Shown: positions 26,454-37,974 of the stretch, in pieces | How positions within the stretch are numbered: the stretch's first letter is position 1 | How the letters are laid out: the number at the start of each line of letters is the position of its first letter | From: Trueperaceae bacterium | GTDB lineage: Bacteria; Deinococcota; Deinococci; Deinococcales; Trueperaceae | NCBI GenBank assembly: GCA_034520945.1 | Contig: JAXHNB010000006.1 | Span: 32,001 to 96,000, forward strand | Direction of reading: 5' to 3' | DNA length: 64,000 bases | Position numbers and translations under genes: made by a program | The notes under the pieces: model-generated | Databases searched by the model: none | Seen by the model: the letters and a program-made list of their open reading frames with translations, nothing else | What the model was told of the DNA's origin: nothing

Positions 26454-27206
26454 TCACTGCGCCGTGTACGCCCCGTCGACCAGGTGGTAGGAGCCGCTGA
26501 CGAACGAGGCGTCGTCGGAGGCGAGGAACGCGACCAACGCCGCCACCTCCTCGGGCCGGCCCAGCCGGCCGACCGCGTGCATGCCGGCCAGCGCTTCCTG
26601 CGTCTCCGCGTCGAGGTTCTGGTCGATCAACGGCGTCCGGATGAACGCCGGCCCGACCGCGTTCACGCGCACCCCCTGCCCGCTGTACTCCAGCGCCGCC
26701 GCCTTGGTGAGCCCGACCACGCCGTGCTTGGCGGCGACGTAGGCCGAGGCGGTCGCGAACCCGACGCTGCCGAGAATCGAGGACATGTTGACGATGCTGC
26801 CGCCGCCCCGGGCCAGCATGGCGGGGATCTGGTAGCGCATGCCGTAGAACACGCCGTTCAGGTTCACGTCGATCACCTTGCGCCAGCCGTCCAGCGGGTA
26901 CTCGCCCGCCGGGGCGGCCGGGCCGGCGATGCCGGCGTTGTTCACGGCGACGTCCAGCCCACCGAAGCGGCGGGTGGCCTCCTGCACCATCGCCTCCGCT
27001 TGGGCGGCGTCGGAGACGTCCGCGGCGAAGAATGCGGCGTCGCCGCCGATCTCCTGCGCCACGCGGCGTCCGCCGTCCTCGTCCATGTCCACGATCAGCA
27101 CCTTGGCGCCACCGGCGGCCAGCGTCTTGGCGCAGGCCTCACCGATGCCGCTGCCGCCCCCGGTGACCAGGGCGACCTTGCCGTCGATGTCGTAGCGCGT
27201 GCCCAT
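26454..27206 (-). CDS. Short-chain dehydrogenase/reductase
   Basis: TGGGSGIG, NNAG, YVAAK. Confidence 0.93.
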   Translation of the reverse strand: MGTRYDIDGKVALVTGGGSGIGEACAKTLAAGGAKVLIVDMDEDGGRRVAQEIGGDAAFFAADVSDAAQAEAMVQEATRRFGGLDVAVNNAGIAGPAAPAGEYPLDGWRKVIDVNLNGVFYGMRYQIPAMLARGGGSIVNMSSILGSVGFATASAYVAAKHGVVGLTKAAALEYSGQGVRVNAVGPAFIRTPLIDQNLDAETQEALAGMHAVGRLGRPEEVAALVAFLASDDASFVSGSYHLVDGAYTAQ

Positions 27207-27356
27207 GATGAGCCTCCTTGCGCCCCAGGAACGTACGGGGCGTTCTGGACCCATCGTCGCGCGATCGGGTCGGCACGGCGAGAGGCGGACGTCCCCCGAA
27301 CCCCGTGCCACGAGCTCGCGCCGGCATGGCGCAGCCGGCGCAGCCGCCCAGCGGGC

Positions 27357-28112
27357 TCACTCCGGCGCGATGGTGCCGGCCGTCACGCCGTAGGAGAGGG
27401 CGGGCTCGTCCTCGCCGACGTAGACGTTGACCGTGCGGGAGCGTCCCGGGTTCATGGTGTCGGCCACCACCGCCTCGAAGCTGGTGCGGCCCGCGGTCTC
27501 GTCGGTCAGGGTGACGGTGACCTCCGCCCCGCAGCCGTAGGCGTCCAGCAGCTCGCGGCTCACCGCCACGTGCGTCCAGGGTTCCAACACGACCCCGCAG
27601 GCGCCGGCGCCGCCGGTCACGAAGCTGAACCCGACGCGGCCCAGCTCGACCGGTTCCGAGGTGGGCACCGGCGGTGCCTCGGCGGCCGGAACGTCGGGAT
27701 TGGGCCGGCCGCCTTCCAGCGTGAGTTCCTGTGGACCGCCGTCCTCGCCGTCCGCCGCGTCGTCCTCGTCGGGATCGGCGGCAGCCGCGCTGGGGCCGTC
27801 GTCGGCGGCGTCCTGTCCGTCCTGATCGCCGTTCCCGTCCCCGTCCTGCTCGGCGCCGTCCGGCGGCAGGGCGACCACGCCGTCGTTCCCGTCCGCACCG
27901 TCGCCGTCCTCCTCGTCGGGGGATACCGGCACGATGCCGCCGTCTTCGCCGCCCCCGGCATCCGGCTCCGAGGAGGACGCGTCCTGGCCGCGCGACCCAC
28001 CCGCCTGCGTGGGGGCCGGGTCGCTCCCCAACGAGAACAGGGTCCACACGATCGCACCGGCCACCACCACCAAGCCGATGATCAACGCGAGGTCGATCAC
28101 GCGGCGGGTCAT
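27357..28112 (-). CDS. Membrane-anchored protein with acidic linker and C-terminal RlpA/3D/expansin-like double-psi barrel domain
   Basis: N-terminal TM, long D/G/E-rich linker, VAVSRELL...CGAEVTV...VVADT. Confidence 0.6.
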   Translation of the reverse strand: MTRRVIDLALIIGLVVVAGAIVWTLFSLGSDPAPTQAGGSRGQDASSSEPDAGGGEDGGIVPVSPDEEDGDGADGNDGVVALPPDGAEQDGDGNGDQDGQDAADDGPSAAAADPDEDDAADGEDGGPQELTLEGGRPNPDVPAAEAPPVPTSEPVELGRVGFSFVTGGAGACGVVLEPWTHVAVSRELLDAYGCGAEVTVTLTDETAGRTSFEAVVADTMNPGRSRTVNVYVGEDEPALSYGVTAGTIAPE

Positions 28113-28241
28113 CGGACGCCTCCAGGGATCAGGGCCATGAAGGCATGATCCCAGGCCGGGCGCGATCCTGCAACGCGCCGTGGTACGGGGCGCGCCGGCC
28201 CAGCGTCGAATGCCGTGCAGCACGCACCGCCCCGCCAGCGT

Positions 28242-28955
28242 TCACGCGCCCTCCTCCAGCGCCACGGCGTCGCGCAGGCCCCACGGGTTGCGGCCCCGGA
28301 ACGCCCAGACCGCCGCCACCAGGGCCACCGACGCCACCGCCGAGATCGCCAACGAGCCGATCAGGCCCAGGTTGAAGCCGCGGCCCAGCGTGGTGAACGC
28401 CAGCGTGGACGGGATCAGGCCGAAGAACGTCGCGGGCGCGTAGACGCGGACCGGCACGGCGCTCACCCCTGCGGCGTAACTGATGGCGTCGAACGGAAAC
28501 AGCGGGATGGCGCGGCTCGCGAAGATGACCCATCCCAGCGGGCGCACCCCGCTCGGGTCACGGAACACCACCACGCGCCCCACCAACAGTCGCATGATGC
28601 CGCGTCCCAGGCTGCGCCCCAGGGCGTACGCCGCCATCGCGCCCAGAAAGTTGCCCAGCACCGTGTACGCGGTGGCCGGTCCGATCCCGAACGCGGCGCC
28701 GGCCGCGACGGCCAGGGGCACGCCCGGGATCTGGCTCACCACCACCGCCACCGCCACCGCCAGCACGAACACGACGGGGGCCCGCCAGCCGAGGTCGCTC
28801 AGCAGACGCTGCATGCCCTCGGCCGTGAACGGGTCGAACGGCGTGGCGGAGCGCAGCCAGGCCAAGCCGGCCAGGATCGCGACCAGCACCACTAAGGCCG
28901 CCAGGTTGGCCGGCGTGAACAGCGTGCGCAGGCGTCGTCGCCATCGCGGAGGCAC
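28242..28955 (-). CDS. TVP38/TMEM64 (DedA/VTT) membrane protein
   Basis: IPGVPLAVAAGAAFG, GAMAAYALGR, RAIPLFPFDAISY. Confidence 0.9.
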   Translation of the reverse strand: MPPRWRRRLRTLFTPANLAALVVLVAILAGLAWLRSATPFDPFTAEGMQRLLSDLGWRAPVVFVLAVAVAVVVSQIPGVPLAVAAGAAFGIGPATAYTVLGNFLGAMAAYALGRSLGRGIMRLLVGRVVVFRDPSGVRPLGWVIFASRAIPLFPFDAISYAAGVSAVPVRVYAPATFFGLIPSTLAFTTLGRGFNLGLIGSLAISAVASVALVAAVWAFRGRNPWGLRDAVALEEGA

Positions 28956-29036
28956 GTCCGGATGCTACCCGGGCGGTGGACCCCAGCGGGCGTCGTGGAC
29001 GTGGGCGGGCGCGGGCGGCGGTGCTACCCTACGCCG

Positions 29037-29982
29037 GTGAGCGTCTTGTTGCTGGTGGCGGGGATCGCCATGCTGGTCGTGGGCGGAGACGTGCTGGTGC
29101 GGAGCGCTGCGGCCCTGGCGGTCCGCCTGGGTGTGAGTTCGTTGGTGATCGGCCTCACCGTGGTGGCGTTCGGGACCAGCGCCCCGGAGTTGGCCGCCAC
29201 GCTGGTGTCCAGCCTGCGCGGCGTCCCCGACCTGGGGGTCGGCAACGTGCTGGGCTCCAACGTGGCCAACGTGGGGTTGATCCTGGGGCTGACCGCGATG
29301 ATCGCCCCGATCGCCAGCAGCGCCAGCCTGGTCCGGCGCGAACTGCCGGTGGTGGTCGCTACCATGCTGCTGCTGTTCCCCCTGATGTGGAACGGCGTGC
29401 TGGGCCGGCTGGAAGGGGCGCTGTTGCTGGTACTGCTGGTCGGCTACCTGGGGATCATGGTGTGGCAGGACGAGGGGGCCCTGGACGAGGAACTTCCCAG
29501 CGACGCGGACCAGGTGCCGACGTGGCGGGCGGCGGGGGGCGCGGCGGTGGGGATCCTGCTGCTGGTCGCTGGCGCGGAGCTGCTGGTGCGCGGCGCGGTC
29601 GACATCGCCAGCGCCCTCGGCGTGTCCGAGCGGGTGATCGGGCTGACCATGGTGGCGGTCGGCACCAGCCTGCCGGAGTTGGCCAGCGCGCTGGCGGCCG
29701 CGGCAAGGCGCCAAGGGACGATGATCCTGGGCAACGTGGCCGGGTCCAACATCTTCAACGTACTGGCCGTGTTGGGTGCCACCTCGGCGATCACGCCGAT
29801 CCCGATCGATCGGGCCGCCGTGTTCGGCGACCTGGCGGTCGCGACCGCGTTCTCGCTGGCGCTGCTGCCGATGATGGGGTTGCGGGCCGGCCTGGGCAAG
29901 AAGCGGGGCGCGCTTCCTGTTGGCGGCCTACCTGGCGTACGTGGCGGTCGTCTACCTGCAGCGCGTCCCGCAGGGGGGCTGA
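29037..29982 (+). CDS. yrbG: Calcium/sodium antiporter (YrbG family) with an apparent one-base frameshift near 29913
   Basis: Alpha repeats GTSAPE/GSN and GTSLPE/GSN; last TM FLLAAYLAYVAVVYL lies in another frame ending TGA 29980-29982. Confidence 0.88.
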
Positions 29983-30022
29983 GCGACGGGTCCGGCGGCG
30001 CGCCCGCCCGAGGGTGCGCGGG

Positions 30023-30406
30023 TCAGTCGCACAGCGCAACGGCCTCCATCTCGACCGACACGTCGAACGGCAGCCGCGCCACCTCCACGGCCGTCCGGGC
30101 CGGCGGCGCGTCCGGGAACGTCTCGGCGTAGACGGCGTTGACCCGGCCAAAGTCCGCCATGTTCTGGAGGTACACGTTCACCTTGACCACTCGGGAGGGG
30201 TCCGATCCGCCCGCCCGCAGCACCGCCCGCAGGTTGGCCAGCACCTGCTGCGTCTGCGCCTCCACGTCGCCTTCGACCTGCGTCCCGCCGGGCGTCAGCG
30301 GGATCTGGCCGGCCGTGAACAACAGGTTCCCGGCGCGGACGGCCTGCGAGTAGGGGCCGACGGCGGCGGGGGCGGCATCGGTTTGGATGATGCGTCGGTC
30401 GCTCAT
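30023..30406 (-). CDS. ridA: RidA enamine/imine deaminase
   Basis: APAAVGPYSQA, FTAGQIP, PARTAVEVARLP, VEME. Confidence 0.93.
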   Translation of the reverse strand: MSDRRIIQTDAAPAAVGPYSQAVRAGNLLFTAGQIPLTPGGTQVEGDVEAQTQQVLANLRAVLRAGGSDPSRVVKVNVYLQNMADFGRVNAVYAETFPDAPPARTAVEVARLPFDVSVEMEAVALCD

Positions 30407-30477
30407 GCCGACGAGGATAGCAAGCGCTGCACGCGGTCGCGTGCGACCTGCGCGAGGCCGACAGCGTCCGCGCCGGC

Positions 30478-31446
30478 TCAGCGCACCAGCAGGAACGCCA
30501 GCAGCAACAAGAACAGGTACAGCGAGCCCAGGATCCACAAGCGGTAGGGGTACCACGACTGCCGCCTCGCCCACCGCAGCGGTCCGCGGCCCGGGTAGCG
30601 GTCCTCCACCTGACGGATCCCGCTGAGCGTGTCGCCCACGTCGACCGTCCAGGGCACCGCGGCCGGCAGCTCGTAGGGGCGCGGCCCGTGTTGCGCCGCG
30701 TCCACCACCGCCACCGCGGCCGTGACGTTGTCCGGGCTGCCGCGGGCGTCGGCGGCGTCCAGCAGCCGGGCGACGACCTCGTCCGGGGCGCCCTCCGCGA
30801 GCATTTCGGCCAACTCGCCCTCGGGGATCAGCGCCGTCACGCCGTCGCTGGCGACCAACAGCCGATCGCCGGCCTGCAGCGCGACGTGCGCCAAATCCAG
30901 TCGGAAGCGGTCGGTGGCGCCGAGGGCGTTGGTGATCACGTTGCGCCAGCGGTGCTGCCGCGCCTCCTCTTCGGAGAGGAGCCCCTGCCGGACGCGCTCG
31001 GCGACCCAACTGTGATCCTCGGTCAGGGGGTGGAGCGCGCCGTCGCGCCACAGGTACGCGCGCGAGTCGCCCACGTGCGCGATCAGGCCGATGTCGTCGT
31101 CGATCAGCACGGCGGTGAGCGTGGTGCCCATCCCCTCGTGCTTCGGGTCGGCGCGCGCGTGCGCCAGCACCTCGTGGTTGGCGCGCTGCAACGCCCGCGC
31201 CAGCGCCGCGGGCGGATGCGCGCGGGACGACGCCAGTTGTGCCCGGATCGCCTCGGTGGCCTGGGCGCTGGCGACCTCGCCCGTTTGGTGCCCGCCCATG
31301 CCGTCCGCCACCAGCAGCAGGGTGCGCGCGCCCACCTCGCCGGCGAAGTGGGCGTCCTGGTTCACGCTGCGGACGTGGCCGGGACGGCTGGCGCCGGACA
31401 CGCGGATGCGCGTCCCGAGTTCGTCGGCCTGGGCGGGCGTGGACAT
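30478..31446 (-). CDS. PP2C/Stp1-family Ser/Thr protein phosphatase with C-terminal TM
   Basis: RSVNQDA, VADGMGGH, HVGDSRAY, SDG, DNVT. Confidence 0.92.
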   Translation of the reverse strand: MSTPAQADELGTRIRVSGASRPGHVRSVNQDAHFAGEVGARTLLLVADGMGGHQTGEVASAQATEAIRAQLASSRAHPPAALARALQRANHEVLAHARADPKHEGMGTTLTAVLIDDDIGLIAHVGDSRAYLWRDGALHPLTEDHSWVAERVRQGLLSEEEARQHRWRNVITNALGATDRFRLDLAHVALQAGDRLLVASDGVTALIPEGELAEMLAEGAPDEVVARLLDAADARGSPDNVTAAVAVVDAAQHGPRPYELPAAVPWTVDVGDTLSGIRQVEDRYPGRGPLRWARRQSWYPYRLWILGSLYLFLLLLAFLLVR

Positions 31447-31543
31447 ACCGGCACAGGCTACGCCCACGGCGGTCCGTGGGGCATGAAACTCCGCACGTTC
31501 ACGCCTGAGTGGGGCCGTGCGGGACGGTGCTATGCTCGCGGTC

Positions 31544-32995
31544 ATGCCTGCTGGGACCCGCGCGCTTTCCGCCCACGAGATCCACCGGCGCATCGCGGCC
31601 GGGGAAGTGACCGCTCGCGGTGTCGCCGAGGCGGCGCTGGCCGAGGCCGAGCGGGTGCAGGCCCGAAGCAACGCGTTCGTGACCCTCACGCCCGACGCGG
31701 CGCTGCATGCCGCGGACGCCGTCGACGAGGCGGTGCGCGCCGGCGACCCGCTGCCGCCGCTGGCCGGGGTGCCCTACGCCGCCAAGGACAACCTGGCCCG
31801 CGGGGGGGCGCCCACCACGGCGGGCGCGCGCGTCCTGCGCGATTTCGAATCGCCGTATCAGGCGACGGTCATCGCCCGGCTCGAGGCGGCCGGCGCCGTC
31901 CCGATCGGCAAGACCAACCTGGACGCGTTCGGGATGGGGAGTAGCACCGAAGCATCCGACTTCGGCCCCGTCCTCAACCCCTGGAACGACCAACGGGTCG
32001 CGGGCGGATCGTCCGGCGGCTCTGCCGCGGCCGTCGCCGCGGGCGTGGTCCCCATCGCGCTGGGAACCGACACCGGCGGCTCGGTGCGTCAACCCGCCTC
32101 GTTCTGCGGCGTGCTGGGCTTCAAGCCGACCTACGGCACCCTGTCCCGCTACGGCGTGGTCGCCTACGCCAGCTCGCTGGACCAGGTCGGCGTGCTGGCC
32201 CGCGACCCGCGCGACGTCGGCCTGGCGATGGACGCCATGGTCGGGCGCGATCCCTTCGACGCCACCACCGTGCCGGTCGAGGCCACCTTCGCCGCCGCGG
32301 CCGAGCCCGGCGACCTGCGCGGGGTGCGCGTCGGCCTGATCCGCGAGTTGCTGGGGGAGGGCAACGATCCCGGCGTGAACGATGCCACGCACCGCACCGC
32401 CGCGGCGCTGCGGGCCGCGGGCGCCGAGGTGCACGAGGCCGACGTCCCCTCCGCGCGCGCCGGCGTGTCCTGCTACTACCTGATCGCGTGCGCGGAGGCG
32501 TCCAGCAACCTCGCCCGCTACGACGGCATGCTCACCGGCGTTCGGGTCGGCGAGGAGCACGAGGGACAAGAGGCCGTCATGACCGCCAGCCGCAGCGACG
32601 GGTTCAACCTCGAGGTGCGCAGGCGCATCCTGATGGGCACCTTCGCCCTGTCGGCCGGGCACGTGGACGCCTGGTACGGGCGCGCCTCGCGCGTACGACG
32701 CAAGGTCGCGGACGAGTTGGCCGCCGCCTTCGCAGGCGCCGACCTGCTGCTCAGCCCGACCGTGCCCAGTGCGGCGTTCGCGCTGGGGCAGCACGACCAG
32801 GACCCGCTGGCGATGTACCTCGCCGACGTCGACACCTGCCTGGCGAACCTGGCCGGCCTGCCCGCCGTGAGCGTGCCGGCGGGACGGGACGAGCACGGGA
32901 TGCCGTTGGGCGCGCAGCTGCTGGCACCCGCGCTTCAAGACGGCCGGCTGGTCCGGGCGGCGGCGGCGTTGGCCGACGGGGCCCAGGCGGGATAG
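31544..32995 (+). CDS. gatA: Asp/Glu-tRNA amidotransferase subunit A
   Basis: AKDN, GGSSGGSAAAV, TDTGGSVRQPA, EASSNLARYDG, EVRRRILMGT. Confidence 0.95.
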   Translation: MPAGTRALSAHEIHRRIAAGEVTARGVAEAALAEAERVQARSNAFVTLTPDAALHAADAVDEAVRAGDPLPPLAGVPYAAKDNLARGGAPTTAGARVLRDFESPYQATVIARLEAAGAVPIGKTNLDAFGMGSSTEASDFGPVLNPWNDQRVAGGSSGGSAAAVAAGVVPIALGTDTGGSVRQPASFCGVLGFKPTYGTLSRYGVVAYASSLDQVGVLARDPRDVGLAMDAMVGRDPFDATTVPVEATFAAAAEPGDLRGVRVGLIRELLGEGNDPGVNDATHRTAAALRAAGAEVHEADVPSARAGVSCYYLIACAEASSNLARYDGMLTGVRVGEEHEGQEAVMTASRSDGFNLEVRRRILMGTFALSAGHVDAWYGRASRVRRKVADELAAAFAGADLLLSPTVPSAAFALGQHDQDPLAMYLADVDTCLANLAGLPAVSVPAGRDEHGMPLGAQLLAPALQDGRLVRAAAALADGAQAG

Positions 32996-33265
32996 GGCGA
33001 AGCAGGCCTGGCAGCGCGCCGGCGGCGTCGGGGGCGGGGCCCCATGCCGCCGGCAGCGTGTGCTATCCTCTTTCGGCTAGGCGTTCCCCGTCGCCGCCGT
33101 CACGGGTCGGTGACGGGTCCCTCGTGCGCATGAGCCTGCCGTGCGCGGGCCCCCGTGCATGGAACACGGCGCGAAGGCGGGCGCACGAGGCCGGGGCGCC
33201 CCAGGTCGGGACCGCCTCCATACCGCCGAACGGCATGCCCTCGAACCCCGGAAGGAGTCACCACA

Positions 33266-33409
33266 GTGAAGCGCACCTACCAGCCCAATCGCCGCAAGCG
33301 TGCCAAGACGCACGGCTTCCGCGTCCGCATGAAGACGAGCGCCGGACGGAACGTACTCAAGCGTCGCCGCCGCAAGGGTCGCACGCGGCTGTCCGTGTCC
33401 GACGCCTGA
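33266..33409 (+). CDS. rpmH: 50S ribosomal protein L34
   Basis: [31 protein letters not shown] before GTG. Confidence 0.97.
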   Translation: MKRTYQPNRRKRAKTHGFRVRMKTSAGRNVLKRRRRKGRTRLSVSDA

Positions 33410-33422
33410 GGCGGCCGTCCTG

Positions 33423-33773
33423 GTGGCGCCGGCGCTGCGTTCGCTCAAGGGCGACCGCGCCTTCCAGAGGCTCCGCAAGGGCCACAGCGGGGGCGCGCGC
33501 CTGCTCAGCGTCCGGTGGCGTCCCAGCCGAGAAGAAGGAGTGCGCGTGGGCATCGTGGTCAGTCGCAAGGTCGGAAACGCCGTGGTCCGCAACCGGGTCC
33601 GCCGCCGCTTGCGCGAAGCGTTGCGGACCGAGCTGCGCGCGCGCCGCCCGGACGGCGCGGACGCACCCGGCCGGGACGTGATCGTGATCGCACGCCCCCA
33701 AGCGGCGCAGGCCGACTACCACGCGCTGGCCGCGGCGTTGGGCAAGGCGCTGGACCGGAGCAAGTTCACGTGA
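33423..33773 (+). CDS. rnpA: Ribonuclease P protein component
   Basis: [25 protein letters not shown]. Confidence 0.95.
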   Translation: MAPALRSLKGDRAFQRLRKGHSGGARLLSVRWRPSREEGVRVGIVVSRKVGNAVVRNRVRRRLREALRTELRARRPDGADAPGRDVIVIARPQAAQADYHALAAALGKALDRSKFT

Positions 33774-34078
33774 GCGCGCCCGCGCGTCCCGGTCAGGACA
33801 CGCACCGTGGCCCCGGCGATGTGGCCAGGCGCGTGGTGGTGGCGCCGATCGCGGCGTACCGGCGTTGGATCTCGCCGCTCAAGCCGGTGCCTACCTGCCG
33901 TTTCCATCCCACCTGCAGCGCCTACGCCCAGGAGGCAATCTTGACGCATGGCATCCTGCGCGGGACGGTGTTGGCCGTGCGGCGCATCCTGAAGTGCCAT
34001 CCCTGGCACCCGGGCGGGTTGGACCCCGTCCCCGGCCGGCCGACGCCGCCCGAGTCCCACCTTCCGGAGGAATCGTGA
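33770..34078 (+). CDS. yidD: Membrane protein insertion efficiency factor
   Basis: [35 protein letters not shown]. Confidence 0.93.
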   Translation: MSAPARPGQDTHRGPGDVARRVVVAPIAAYRRWISPLKPVPTCRFHPTCSAYAQEAILTHGILRGTVLAVRRILKCHPWHPGGLDPVPGRPTPPESHLPEES

Positions 34079-35613
34079 ACCTGCGTACTTTGTTCGTCAC
34101 GCTGGCGCTGTTGGCGCCCGCTGCCGTCCACGCCGCGGAGTTCGGCGTGCACGACCACCTTTTCTCCGCGTTCCAGAACACGGACGAGGTGACGGCGGCA
34201 TGCGAAGCCGGCGACGAACTGTTCTTCTGCGGCCTTCGGGACGCCACGCTGACGCGCGTTCCCACCAAGGGCGTCGACCTGTTCTTCAGCCCCGCCGGCG
34301 AGGTGGTCGGGGCCTACGCCAAGCCGCGGAAGGGGCAGGAGTTCGGCGACTACTCGCTGGACCACCGCCAGAACCTGATCCCCGAGATGGCCGCGTTTCC
34401 CGGCGCCGCCGTGATGCTGGACGGCGCCTACCTGGAACCGACCGAGGTGGAGGGGTCGTGGACGCGCCTGAACGACGACACCGTCGAAGGCAACTTCCGC
34501 TACCGCGCCGGGCCGCTGGCCGTGCAGCGCACCATGCGCATCTCCAACGTGCGTCACACCATCGACGTGGACGTGCGCGTCGAACGGGTCGAGGAGGGCG
34601 AGGAGGCGCTCCCCGTCCAGGTGACGTACCCCGGCATCGGCAACGTCGACGACCCGGTGATCAAGATCGGCCAAGGACTGGGCGAGTCCGGCACCCACGC
34701 CACCGACCCGTTGGCCCAGCCGGTGCCCGACCCCAGCTACGCCAGCCTGCAGAACAACGACCGCAACACGGCGTTCGCGATCGTGCTGCGCCCCGCCGCC
34801 GCCGGGAACGAGGACCTCGCCGCCGTGCCGATGCCGCCCGACGCGGTGGCGTTCCAGACCGAACTGGCGCAGGGGGCCGGCAGCCAGGCGCGCCTGGCGC
34901 TCACCACCTACCTGGGTCCCAACGAGCTGGTCCGCTACCAGCAGGAGGGCTACGTGGAGCTGCCGGGGCTGTTCCGCCCCAACCTGTTGGGGCGGTTGTC
35001 GCTGGGCATCCTGTGGGTGCTGGTCAGCATCCACGACGTGGTCGGCAACTGGGGCCTGTCGATCATCGTGTTGACGCTGATGTTCCGCGCGCTGGTGTGG
35101 CCGTTGATCACCACCCAGACGCGGTCGATGTTCGGGATGCAGGAGCTGCAACCCAAGATCCAAGAGCTGCAGAAGAAGTACAAGGACGACCGCGAGACCC
35201 TCACGCAGGAGACGATGAAGCTGTACAAGGAGGCGGGCGTGAACCCGGCCGGGGGCTGCCTGCCGATTTTGCTCCAGATGCCGTTGTTCATCATCCTGTG
35301 GCGCGTGTTCGTCAACTTCGAGTTTTCCGAAGGGTTCCTGTGGGTGCCGGACCTGGGCCAGTCCGACCCGTACTTCATCCTGCCGATGCTGTACGTCGCC
35401 GTCATGTTCGGCATGTCCTGGTTTTCGTCGCGCGGCAACCCGCAGAGCCTGCGGCAGCAGATCTTGATCAACGTCGTGTTCGCCTTCATCCTGTTCGGCT
35501 TCCCCGCCGGCGTCCTGTTGTATTTCGTGGTGTCGATGGGCACCCAGGTGTTCCAGTACTGGTTGATCCAACGCGAGAAGGCACAGCGCAAGGCCGCGCA
35601 GGCCAAGGGATGA
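34075..35613 (+). CDS. yidC: Membrane protein insertase
   Basis: [36 protein letters not shown]. Confidence 0.95.
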   Translation: MNLRTLFVTLALLAPAAVHAAEFGVHDHLFSAFQNTDEVTAACEAGDELFFCGLRDATLTRVPTKGVDLFFSPAGEVVGAYAKPRKGQEFGDYSLDHRQNLIPEMAAFPGAAVMLDGAYLEPTEVEGSWTRLNDDTVEGNFRYRAGPLAVQRTMRISNVRHTIDVDVRVERVEEGEEALPVQVTYPGIGNVDDPVIKIGQGLGESGTHATDPLAQPVPDPSYASLQNNDRNTAFAIVLRPAAAGNEDLAAVPMPPDAVAFQTELAQGAGSQARLALTTYLGPNELVRYQQEGYVELPGLFRPNLLGRLSLGILWVLVSIHDVVGNWGLSIIVLTLMFRALVWPLITTQTRSMFGMQELQPKIQELQKKYKDDRETLTQETMKLYKEAGVNPAGGCLPILLQMPLFIILWRVFVNFEFSEGFLWVPDLGQSDPYFILPMLYVAVMFGMSWFSSRGNPQSLRQQILINVVFAFILFGFPAGVLLYFVVSMGTQVFQYWLIQREKAQRKAAQAKG

Positions 35614-35689
35614 GCGGGGCGCCCGGCGCGACCCGCGCGCCGTCTCCGGCACGGCCGTCGCGCCGCGCGACGGCAGGAAGGAATCCGAC

Positions 35690-36286
35690 GTGAACGACGG
35701 CAGCGACAAGGATCTCGACAAGACCCTGGCCGACCTCGGCATCGCCACCGACGACGACGCCGCGGCCGACCCCGCCCCGCAGCAGCAGAGCGACCTGGAG
35801 ACGCCGCTGCCGGTGCCGGGCGTGATTCAGGCCGAGGGCGACGCCCGCGAGCGCACCGAGACCTTCCTGGTGGGCCTGCTGCTCAACATCGACCCTAGCT
35901 ACGCGGTCGAGGTCACCCAGGCGGCCGACGACGAAGTGTCGGTCGAGATCCACGGTGGGGACGCCGGACGGTTGATCGGCAAGAACGGGCGCACCCTGGC
36001 CGCGCTGGAACAGATCGTCAACGCCGTCATCAACCGGCGCGACGACTCCAACGTCCGCGTCAACGTCGACGTCGGCGGGTACAAGCGCCGCCGCGACGAC
36101 CGCCTGCGCGGGCAGGCCGAGAAGACGGCCGACCAGGTCCGCACGCGCGGCCAAGCGATCGAGCTGGAACCGATGAGCGCCGCCGAGCGTCGCATCATCC
36201 ACATTACCCTGGCCGGCGACGCAGACGTGACCACCGAGTCGGTCGGGGAGGGTCGCGACCGGCGCGTGGTGGTTCGGCCCGCCTGA
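35690..36286 (+). CDS. jag: Jag/KhpB KH-R3H RNA-binding protein
   Basis: LIGKNGRTL (KH), PMSAAERRIIH (R3H). Confidence 0.92.
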   Translation: MNDGSDKDLDKTLADLGIATDDDAAADPAPQQQSDLETPLPVPGVIQAEGDARERTETFLVGLLLNIDPSYAVEVTQAADDEVSVEIHGGDAGRLIGKNGRTLAALEQIVNAVINRRDDSNVRVNVDVGGYKRRRDDRLRGQAEKTADQVRTRGQAIELEPMSAAERRIIHITLAGDADVTTESVGEGRDRRVVVRPA

Positions 36287-36297
36287 GCGCCGCGCCC

Positions 36298-37146
36298 ATG
36301 ACGGCGTTCCACGGGCTGGAAGCGCGGCTGCGGCGGGCCGGCGTCGCCGCCCCCGCCGCCGAAGCGTGGGCGATGCTGACCCACCTCGCCGGCCGGGACC
36401 GACTGGATTTGCTCACGGGCACGCCGTGGCACCCCTCCCCGGCGCAGAACGCCACGCTGCAGGCGTGGGTGCGCCGGCGCGCCGAGGGGCACCCGTTGCA
36501 ACACCTGCTCGGCGTGGCGCCGTTTCACGGCGTGGACCTGCAGGCGGGCCCGGAGGCGTTGGTGCCGCGTCCCGAGACGGAGGTGCTGGTCGAGCGCGTC
36601 CTGGAGGGGATCCGAACCGTGCCCACGCCGGTGGTGCTGGATCTGGGGACCGGCAGCGGCGCCGTCGCGATCGCCCTGGCCCGCGCGCGGCCCGACGCAG
36701 AAATCTGGGCCTCGGACGTGGCCGAGGAGGCGCTGGCGCTGGCGTCGCGCAACGCCCTGGCGCACGCCCCGGCCGTCCGGCTGGTGCGCGCGGACCTGTT
36801 CGACGCGCCGGCCCTGCAGGCGCTGCTGCCCCGCCTCGACGCCCTGGCCGCCAACCTGCCGTACCTGCCGGCCTCGGACGCGGCCGGGTTTTCCCGCGAG
36901 GTGCGGCACGACCCGCCGCACGCGCTGCTGGGCGGGCCGGACGGTCTCGAGCCGTTCCGCCGCGCCTGGCAGGGGGCCGTGACCCGCCTCCCGTCGCGGG
37001 CGCGCGCCTGGTTCGAGCTGGACCCCCGCAACGTGCACGCCGCCGCCGCCGAGGTCGAGGCGGGCCCCGGCGGGTGGCGCACGCGCGTGCACGACGACCT
37101 GGCGGGGCGGGCGCGGGTGTTGGAGGCGTGGCGGGGCGTGGGGTGA
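36298..37146 (+). CDS. prmC: Release factor glutamine methyltransferase
   Basis: PLQHLLG, LVPRPETE, LDLGTGSG, NLPY. Confidence 0.92.
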   Translation: MTAFHGLEARLRRAGVAAPAAEAWAMLTHLAGRDRLDLLTGTPWHPSPAQNATLQAWVRRRAEGHPLQHLLGVAPFHGVDLQAGPEALVPRPETEVLVERVLEGIRTVPTPVVLDLGTGSGAVAIALARARPDAEIWASDVAEEALALASRNALAHAPAVRLVRADLFDAPALQALLPRLDALAANLPYLPASDAAGFSREVRHDPPHALLGGPDGLEPFRRAWQGAVTRLPSRARAWFELDPRNVHAAAAEVEAGPGGWRTRVHDDLAGRARVLEAWRGVG

Positions 37147-37152
37147 CGTCCC

Positions 37153-37970
<818 letters not shown>

Positions 37971-37974
<4 letters not shown>

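Noticed and set aside
32996..33265. oriC next to rpmH
   Set aside because: No dnaA, no DnaA-box cluster and no AT-rich unwinding element visible.
33240..33773. Thermus-type extended rnpA fully overlapping rpmH
   Set aside because: The rnpA frame has a TGA at 33330-33332 inside rpmH. The other overlapping frame is open but does not join the RnpA frame.
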